From Candidatus Bathyarchaeia archaeon (GTDB lineage: Archaea > Thermoproteota > Bathyarchaeia > Bathyarchaeales > Bathycorpusculaceae): a DNA stretch of 64,000 nucleotides. A program made the translations under genes and the position numbers. The stretch spans positions 1,024,001 through 1,088,000 of the forward strand of contig JBEKKK010000001.1 of NCBI GenBank assembly GCA_050010755.1, in the 5' to 3' direction. Under the pieces are notes generated by a model. That model was not told the origin of the DNA and did not search any database. It saw only the letters and a program-made list of their open reading frames with translations. Shown piece after piece: positions 58,380 through 64,000 of this stretch. Within the stretch, counting starts at the first letter, position 1; every line of letters starts with the position of its first letter.

Positions 58380-58991
58380 ATGATCAAACTTCGAAAGAAT
58401 CATAGGGCCTTAAGCCAGGTTGTGACCACGTTAATCATACTTGTAGTGGCTGTGCTTCTTGCGACAGTCGTGGTTTTTTACGCTATCAATGTGGTGAGTA
58501 CGAGAGTCCAGGACGAAAGCCTCAGCTTGACAAATGAACACATATGGGTCAATTCAACCGCAACAGTGGGGACTGCAAACTACACTGTTGCAGCTTTGAT
58601 GATAACGAATACAGGAGGCAGAGACGTTGTGCTGAGCAATATCGCGGTTCGTGGCCAACAATGTCCATGGAACGCAACTACCGATCCAACAAACCAAAAA
58701 TTCGTTCTATACTGTACATTAGATGCTGCCATACAGTCAGACTTAGTCTATGTTCCAAATTTCAACTACACTAGCGGGGCGAACGATGTGGTCATTTCAG
58801 GAACACAATACAACTTTACAGTAGCTAACAATCCCTTAGTGTTGAAGTCTGGCAATACCATGCTAGTTTACATTGTCAACCCTGATAGCGTCAGAGTCAA
58901 CGACGTTGGTATCTCAACGAGCATTGCAGTTCACTCGGCACAGGCAGTGTACTATACAGAAGTTAACGTCGAAGCAGTGGCTTCCTCCTAG
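58380..58991 (+). CDS. Archaeal type IV pilin/archaellin-like protein 1
   Basis: Class III signal RKNHRA|LSQVVTTLIILVVAVLLA; NTGGRDVVL; N-glycosylation sequons. Confidence 0.85.
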   Translation: MIKLRKNHRALSQVVTTLIILVVAVLLATVVVFYAINVVSTRVQDESLSLTNEHIWVNSTATVGTANYTVAALMITNTGGRDVVLSNIAVRGQQCPWNATTDPTNQKFVLYCTLDAAIQSDLVYVPNFNYTSGANDVVISGTQYNFTVANNPLVLKSGNTMLVYIVNPDSVRVNDVGISTSIAVHSAQAVYYTEVNVEAVASS

Positions 58992-59134
58992 CTTTGTCTT
59001 TTTCTTGTCACTCTTGTTTTTCATGTGAACATGGAGAGAATATGTATCGCGCATGAAGACATCTATGACGTGCGAGTCACTTCAGAAATCAAAACAAAAA
59101 AACAAGAGGAAAAGAGAAAAAGGGTGGTGTTGCT

Positions 59135-59707
59135 TTAAGCTGCGTTGACGTTGGTTTCTTTGATATAGGTTGCCTGCGCGCTGAAGATTGATATGTCGAT
59201 TGTCAGACCCACGTCATTCACCGTGACGCTGCCTGGTGCAATGCCCGTCGGGGTTTGCGCCATGTAAACTGCTACGCTGCTGCCAGATGCTAGGACTATC
59301 GTGTTGGTATGTAAGAACTTGCCTGAATAGCCGAAACCCGTAGGAGCAGTGACACTAGTGCTAATGTTTGTCGTTTGGCTAACATATGGCAAGTCACCCT
59401 GTACAGTCACCGGGAAGTAGAAAACATAGCTTGAATTCATGGACTGTCCTCGGACTGCGATGTTTTGTAAGACAACGTCTCTTCCGCCTGTATTGGTTAC
59501 CATTATGGCTGCCTCCGCCGCTCCTTCCGTGGTGTTGTACCATACGTGTTGATATGTCAGGTTTAGGCTTTCATTCTGGACTCTTGTGCTGACCACGTTG
59601 ATAGCGAAGTACGTTACGACTCCTGCTAATAGCACTGAAACCACTAGAATAATCAGCGTCGTCACAACTGTGCTTAGAGCTTTACGATTTCTCAACAGGT
59701 TCTTCAT
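59135..59707 (-). CDS. Archaeal type IV pilin/archaellin-like protein 2 (paralog of protein 1)
   Basis: RNRKA|LSTVVTTLIILVVSVLLA; shares VSTRVQ.ESL, NTGGRDVVL, VNDVG, SAQA. Confidence 0.87.
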   Translation of the reverse strand: MKNLLRNRKALSTVVTTLIILVVSVLLAGVVTYFAINVVSTRVQNESLNLTYQHVWYNTTEGAAEAAIMVTNTGGRDVVLQNIAVRGQSMNSSYVFYFPVTVQGDLPYVSQTTNISTSVTAPTGFGYSGKFLHTNTIVLASGSSVAVYMAQTPTGIAPGSVTVNDVGLTIDISIFSAQATYIKETNVNAA

Positions 59708-59742
59708 TATTTATCTCCTGACCACCCTTAACAGCCATTTCT

Positions 59743-59779
59743 GATATGACAATTTGTGTGTAGAACAAAGCTACACATA
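59743..59779 (-). promoter_or_regulatory. 37-bp motif TATGTGT-n8-TCTACACACA-n6-CATATC, copy A, upstream of pilin 2
   Basis: Matches copy B in inverted orientation; contains dyad TGTGTAG-n7-CTACACA. Confidence 0.65.
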
Positions 59780-59836
59780 ACCTGTGAGAATAGATGAATA
59801 CTTGGAGAAGAGTGATTAAGAAGGAAAATGGAGTTT

Positions 59837-59995
59837 TTATGGTCTTACTGCGTTGACGTTGGTTTCTTCGTAGCACGTTGCCTGCACGGTGAAAACTGAT
59901 TTGGCTATCGTCAAACCTATGAAGTTGACTGAAACTGCCAAGCGACGAGTGGCCCCCTCTGACACCATGGGGGTTACCATAGTATTACCCGAATT
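59837..59995 (-). pseudogene. Orphan pilin C-terminal fragment
   Basis: Translates NSGNTMVTP...VSVNFIGLTIAKSVFTVQATCYEETNVNAVRP*, aligning to pilin 2 VTVNDVGLTIDISIFSAQATYIKETNVNAA and pilin 1 SGNTM; exact 21-bp match 59848-59868 = 59140-59160. Confidence 0.75.
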
Positions 59996-60123
59996 CGCTT
60001 TTTCTCAAAGCACTTTGTTTAAGGTCTCCGATTTTGCAGGTGGAAACTTTGCTCTTATTTCTACTTCAATTCCATTATCTTTTCCGTCTTCATTCGTGAA
60101 CGAAATAGTAAAACCATGCTCAA

Positions 60124-60160
60124 TATGTGTGAGGTTCCTCTACACACACATCAACATATC
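60124..60160 (+). promoter_or_regulatory. 37-bp motif TATGTGT-n8-TCTACACACA-n6-CATATC, copy B, upstream of the pilus assembly operon
   Basis: Three blocks (23 nt) identical to copy A with identical spacing. Confidence 0.65.
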
Positions 60161-60187
60161 GCATCGACACGCCAACATTGTTGAAAG

Positions 60188-61042
60188 ATGCTAAGGGTGA
60201 GGAAGATGACAATCAGAGAAGTCAAGCTGGCAATTAAGAAACTGCATCGATCAAACTTGGCTTTGGCAATTCCCGTCACTTTTATGATTATCTTCGTCAC
60301 TATGCTGGGTATAATATCCGTTACTTATTATTTTGCAGTGGAAAGAGTCAACGCTGGAAGCCAACTTCTCAAAGTTTCAATGGCAACGGAAAACATGTAC
60401 TCATTCGACAATGCTATTCATTCAGTCCTCTGGCAACCCGGCTCTTCCAGAACCTTAGAGGTTGGTGGTTACGGAGGAACATTTGAGGTTGAGCCCCTCT
60501 CCAACTCGCTGTTCATCAATGCAACAGATGGCAACAACTTTTCAAGCACAATCTTCAATGAAACCGTCGGAGAAGTAGCCTATCAGCTTCCCTACGCTGA
60601 ATCTATCGACACCGGCCTTTTCCTACAAGGAGATGGCCGACCGATAATCAACCAAAGCGGACCTGAAATAACTCAAATGTCCATTCAAAGCGCAATACCT
60701 CACCCCGAGATCGTTCTGGACTACCGTCCAATAACATCCATCGCTTCTGAAACAGAAAGCAACATTACAACAAACGACTTGAACATATACGTTGTGAACC
60801 TGAACTCTTCTCAGGAAATCACAGTCTCAGGTGAAATTCCACTAATAATTTCCTGCACCACAATCGAGAGCACAGTCACCTCCTACAACATTTCATACCA
60901 AGTAAACTCATTAACGATCACTGCGATTCTGAACGGAATCGCCGGTCAAGTATCAGTACCCGTTGTAAGCAACGCTAACGGAACCACGATCAACGTCACG
61001 TTGGTCTTATGCAACATCCAAATCAACAGATGGATAGAGTGA
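60188..61042 (+). CDS. Putative minor pilin / pilus-associated secreted protein
   Basis: Basic N-terminus then A|LAIPVTFMIIFV hydrophobic helix; many sequons; first gene of ATPase operon. Confidence 0.7.
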   Translation: MLRVRKMTIREVKLAIKKLHRSNLALAIPVTFMIIFVTMLGIISVTYYFAVERVNAGSQLLKVSMATENMYSFDNAIHSVLWQPGSSRTLEVGGYGGTFEVEPLSNSLFINATDGNNFSSTIFNETVGEVAYQLPYAESIDTGLFLQGDGRPIINQSGPEITQMSIQSAIPHPEIVLDYRPITSIASETESNITTNDLNIYVVNLNSSQEITVSGEIPLIISCTTIESTVTSYNISYQVNSLTITAILNGIAGQVSVPVVSNANGTTINVTLVLCNIQINRWIE

Positions 61043-61046
61043 CACT

Positions 61047-61493
61047 TTGCCATCCATAATCCCAGGCTATATCTACACTCTTTTCGCTATGATGGTAGTT
61101 GGTTCGCTGCTGGTTGTCGCCTTCGCCTTTTCAACAGCAAACTTGAGGAATCAGGCAGAACTCCAACAGCTCAAAAGAATAGCCGAATATGTCGCAGCCA
61201 AAGGCTGCGAACTTGTCTCCGCAAGCAAAACTAACGTCATTTATGCTAATCTCACGTTGGATGTTCCCGTCCTTGTCGGAAATCAACAGTATTGGATTCA
61301 ACTTGAAAATGATTCGTCTTCAGCTTGGGTTGAAACTGGCTTCGGTGATGTTGCGTCAGGAATAGGGCAACGGGTGACAATACCTCTCCAAGTTTCCGCT
61401 TCTGGCGCATTCATCAGCGAGTACGGCGTCGCAGTCTTACAGTGTAATATCAGCGACGGCAACGCGCGCTTGGGACTTTCAGGAGGCTACTGA
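61047..61493 (+). CDS. Putative minor pilin-like membrane-anchored protein
   Basis: N-terminal TM helix, operon context. Confidence 0.65.
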   Translation: MPSIIPGYIYTLFAMMVVGSLLVVAFAFSTANLRNQAELQQLKRIAEYVAAKGCELVSASKTNVIYANLTLDVPVLVGNQQYWIQLENDSSSAWVETGFGDVASGIGQRVTIPLQVSASGAFISEYGVAVLQCNISDGNARLGLSGGY

Positions 61494-61494
61494 T

Positions 61495-63069
61495 TTGACA
61501 TTGGGAAAGGAGAACAAAGAGAAAACTGTGGAAAAGCAAAAGACATCCGAGGAAGATATTGCGGGATACTTGGGCATCCAAGGCTGCAGGGTCCCAGAGG
61601 GCTACGTTCAGGTTGAGAGCTACCCTTTGAAACCACCGTATTCTTACGCGTGGATATTCCAGAAGGAAAATGAGCCGATTTACCTGTACGTGGTTGACGA
61701 ATTGCCATTAACGCAAGAAGAAAAAGAAGTTTTCAACAGACTCAAGAACATACTCGAATACGAGTTGAAAGCCCCTTACGCGGAAGAGACGCTTCCAGAA
61801 TCGTTTGAGAGGCAATTGCCAGGGATTTTAGAAAGCCACAAGAAAGCCCTCGAGGGATTAACGCAGATAGGAACTAGAAAGATATTGTACTATCTCAAAA
61901 GAGACATGATAGGCTTCGGTCGCATCGACCCGCTGATGTTCGATCCATTCATTGAGGACATAAGTTGCGGCGGGATAGGCAAACCGATTTTCCTATGGCA
62001 CAGGAAATACGAAAACATAAAGACCAATGTCATTTTCGAAGATGAACAGGAATTAGACGACTTCGTCATGAGAGTAGTGCACAGGGAAGGAAAACACATC
62101 AGCGTCGCTCACCCAATAGTCGACCTAACTCTGCCCGGAAAACACCGAATGGCCGTCCAATTTGGCAAAGAAACAACACCGGCGGGAACAAGCTTCACAA
62201 TCCGGAAATTCAGAGAAGATCCATTCACAATTATCGACTTGATCGCAAACGAGACAATTGATGAAACAGTCGGAGCATACCTGTGGCTGTTAATGGAAAA
62301 CAAGATGTCTGTCATGATAGTCGGGCCTACGGGAGCTGGAAAAACAACGGCCTTGAACGCAATCGCCTGCCTCTCAAGACCCGAATTCAAAATAATATCC
62401 GTCGAAGAAGTCGCGGAAATCAACCTGCCACAAGAAAACTGGGTCTCAACTATAGCAAGAATAGGGTACGGCGCTGACCGGGAAGGAGAAGTCACCCTTT
62501 ACGACCTCATCAAATCTGCCGTCAGACACCGGCCTGCACTGATTATTGTAGGAGAGGTAAGAGGAGAAGAAGCCTACGTTCTCTTTCAGGCTCTTGCAAC
62601 CGGACACGGTGGACTTTGCACAATGCACGCAGAAGACGCGGAAACAGCCATCAAACGCTTAACACAACCCCCAATGAACATCCCAGCCTCTATAATTCCC
62701 CTGATGAACTGTATGATCGTAGTTAAACAAGTCAGTATCCCCATGTACAATGCTCCTGGGCGCAGAACATCAAGCAGAAAATTCGTCGGAATCTCGGAGA
62801 TAGATAACGGCGGAAACATTCACAACATCTTTTCCTGGAACCCTTCAGGAGACTCCTTTACTCAAGACTTAGAACACAGCTACCTACTAGCAAAAATAGC
62901 CAAAAATCTTGACGTACCGCTAACTATAGTGTTACAGGAACTCGACAGACGGAAACAACTTCTTCTAAGGATGATTGAAAGAAACCTGCGCGACTTCAGA
63001 AGCGTGCATAAGGCCCTGAGCAGTTCAACGAGCTTCTTAGACATTTCCAGGGAATCGATGGAGGAATAA
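61495..63069 (+). CDS. Type II/IV secretion ATPase (ArlI/TadA/VirB11 family)
   Basis: GPTGAGKTT Walker A, SVEEVAEI Asp box, IIVGEVRG Walker B, TGH...TMHA His box. Confidence 0.93.
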   Translation: MTLGKENKEKTVEKQKTSEEDIAGYLGIQGCRVPEGYVQVESYPLKPPYSYAWIFQKENEPIYLYVVDELPLTQEEKEVFNRLKNILEYELKAPYAEETLPESFERQLPGILESHKKALEGLTQIGTRKILYYLKRDMIGFGRIDPLMFDPFIEDISCGGIGKPIFLWHRKYENIKTNVIFEDEQELDDFVMRVVHREGKHISVAHPIVDLTLPGKHRMAVQFGKETTPAGTSFTIRKFREDPFTIIDLIANETIDETVGAYLWLLMENKMSVMIVGPTGAGKTTALNAIACLSRPEFKIISVEEVAEINLPQENWVSTIARIGYGADREGEVTLYDLIKSAVRHRPALIIVGEVRGEEAYVLFQALATGHGGLCTMHAEDAETAIKRLTQPPMNIPASIIPLMNCMIVVKQVSIPMYNAPGRRTSSRKFVGISEIDNGGNIHNIFSWNPSGDSFTQDLEHSYLLAKIAKNLDVPLTIVLQELDRRKQLLLRMIERNLRDFRSVHKALSSSTSFLDISRESMEE

Positions 63070-63073
63070 TGCA

Positions 63074-64000
63074 ATGCAGCCATCCAGTGGACTATTCGGC
63101 AAACTTCTGAACCGTGTGAGTAGAGCAACGAGTGAAGAAAAGGAAAACATCGAGCGTGAACTACCCTTCGCCGTGATGATATTCACATTAATGGCAGCCA
63201 CCGGAGTGTCCGTTTATGACAGTTGGAAAAAACTTGCAAAGCTAAGTTTCCTGCCGACCTTCAAGAAAGAAGCTAATGAGGTAATAAGGCAGGTGGAGGT
63301 CTTGGGAAAAGACCCATTAACCGTTATGTACAGCAAAGCAGAGAAAACTACCTCAAAACCCTACAGAAATTTTCTAGGCGGCTTCGTCTCCACTGCGACA
63401 AGCGGTGGCAAAATGGTCGATTACATGAAAAATGAGCTCAAATCCATTTTCGAAATCCGCAAGATTTCCATGACACAATCTATTGAGAAGATAGCAACCC
63501 TAGTCGAGTCGTACACGGTTATGCTGATCGTGACTCTATGTGTCTACATACTTTTTGTCGTGTTCGCAGCAACAAACATGATGGGACAACTGACAGACAT
63601 TTCCCTTCCAAATTCCCCATTAATCTCATATCTGGTCGCCTTCCTTTTCATGCCCATAATATCTTTTTTCTTTATACTAATAGCCCACAACTTGCAGAAA
63701 AGCTCATTCTCCGACCTGCGGGACATCTACAGAAAGGCAATCTTCATATTCATAGCCGTCGGAGTACCGTTAAGTCTGATCTCTCTAATTCCATCGCTTC
63801 TACAAATCGTGAACAAAGTTGGACTTGCAGAAGTCGTCACGGCAGGTCTTGTTACAATGTCCGCGCCACCAGCGATCTTGTACTACCGAATCTCCAAAAT
63901 AAATTCCAATGCGGAAGACTCCATTTCCAATTTTATTCGAGACGTGACCGAATCACAGAAGACAGGTCTATCACCCGAAAAGAGCATAATCCAAGCATCT
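63074..64000 (+). CDS. TadC/ArlJ (T2SS-F) membrane platform protein, 3'-truncated by window; not in ORF track
   Basis: Manual translation MQPSSGLFG...IERELPFAVMIFTLMAATGVS...VEVLGKDPL...SGGKMVDYM followed by TM helices. Confidence 0.85.
   Translation, partial: MQPSSGLFGKLLNRVSRATSEEKENIERELPFAVMIFTLMAATGVSVYDSWKKLAKLSFLPTFKKEANEVIRQVEVLGKDPLTVMYSKAEKTTSKPYRNFLGGFVSTATSGGKMVDYMKNELKSIFEIRKISMTQSIEKIATLVESYTVMLIVTLCVYILFVVFAATNMMGQLTDISLPNSPLISYLVAFLFMPIISFFFILIAHNLQKSSFSDLRDIYRKAIFIFIAVGVPLSLISLIPSLLQIVNKVGLAEVVTAGLVTMSAPPAILYYRISKINSNAEDSISNFIRDVTESQKTGLSPEKSIIQAS

Noticed and set aside
59140-59935. Pilin 3' end and upstream copy as a DGR variable/template repeat pair
   Set aside because: Mismatches are not adenine-specific (many C/T and G/C changes) and no reverse transcriptase is present.
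59889-60194. 101-aa plus-strand ORF
   Set aside because: Antisense shadow of the pilin fragment; overlaps the regulatory motif.
1-64000. CRISPR arrays, rRNA/tRNA, transposases, integrases, inteins; numerous antisense ORFs
   Set aside because: No repeat-spacer periodicity or diagnostic motifs seen by eye, NrdJ is normal length, and the antisense ORFs are shadows of well-supported genes.

Overview
Gene-dense archaeal chromosomal segment with TATA-type promoters, frequent TTG/GTG starts and class III signal peptides. Gene content and style suggest an anaerobic, non-methanogenic TACK archaeon such as Bathyarchaeia, which is inference only. From left to right: (i) 0.6-16 kb, a redox, Fe-S and metal homeostasis island (FMN reductase, nth, FTR-rubredoxin fusion with glutaredoxin, SOD, DsrE/TusA, Zn-ferredoxin, an IscS lacking its PLP lysine, IscU, rubredoxin, class II RNR, OsmC, PDO, CopA). 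(ii) 16-24 kb, Lrp-family regulators, Cys-rich orphans, a divergent eL22-like protein and an ACD-GNAT fusion. (iii) 24.5-35.6 kb, an unusual Hdr/Mvh cluster led by an RHH-GcvH-like fusion with no lipoyl lysine, followed by a GltD/NfnB-like flavoprotein, an MvhD-winged-helix fusion, a tandem HdrA and MvhD/HdrC/HdrB/MvhG/MvhA/HycI. (iv) 35.7-58 kb, AsnA, AOR, a soluble thiol:fumarate reductase-like pair, GMP synthase and a transcarboxylase-like set (12S/5S/1.3S-like, BirA, epimerase, mutase) with no biotin carboxylase or Na+ pump in the window. (v) 58.3-64 kb, a type IV pilin locus with two convergent pilins, an orphan pilin C-terminal fragment lying between two inverted copies of a 37-bp motif, and an ATPase plus a truncated TadC/ArlJ gene. 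No tRNA, rRNA, CRISPR array or transposase was recognised. All calls come from motif recognition by eye; no database searches were run.
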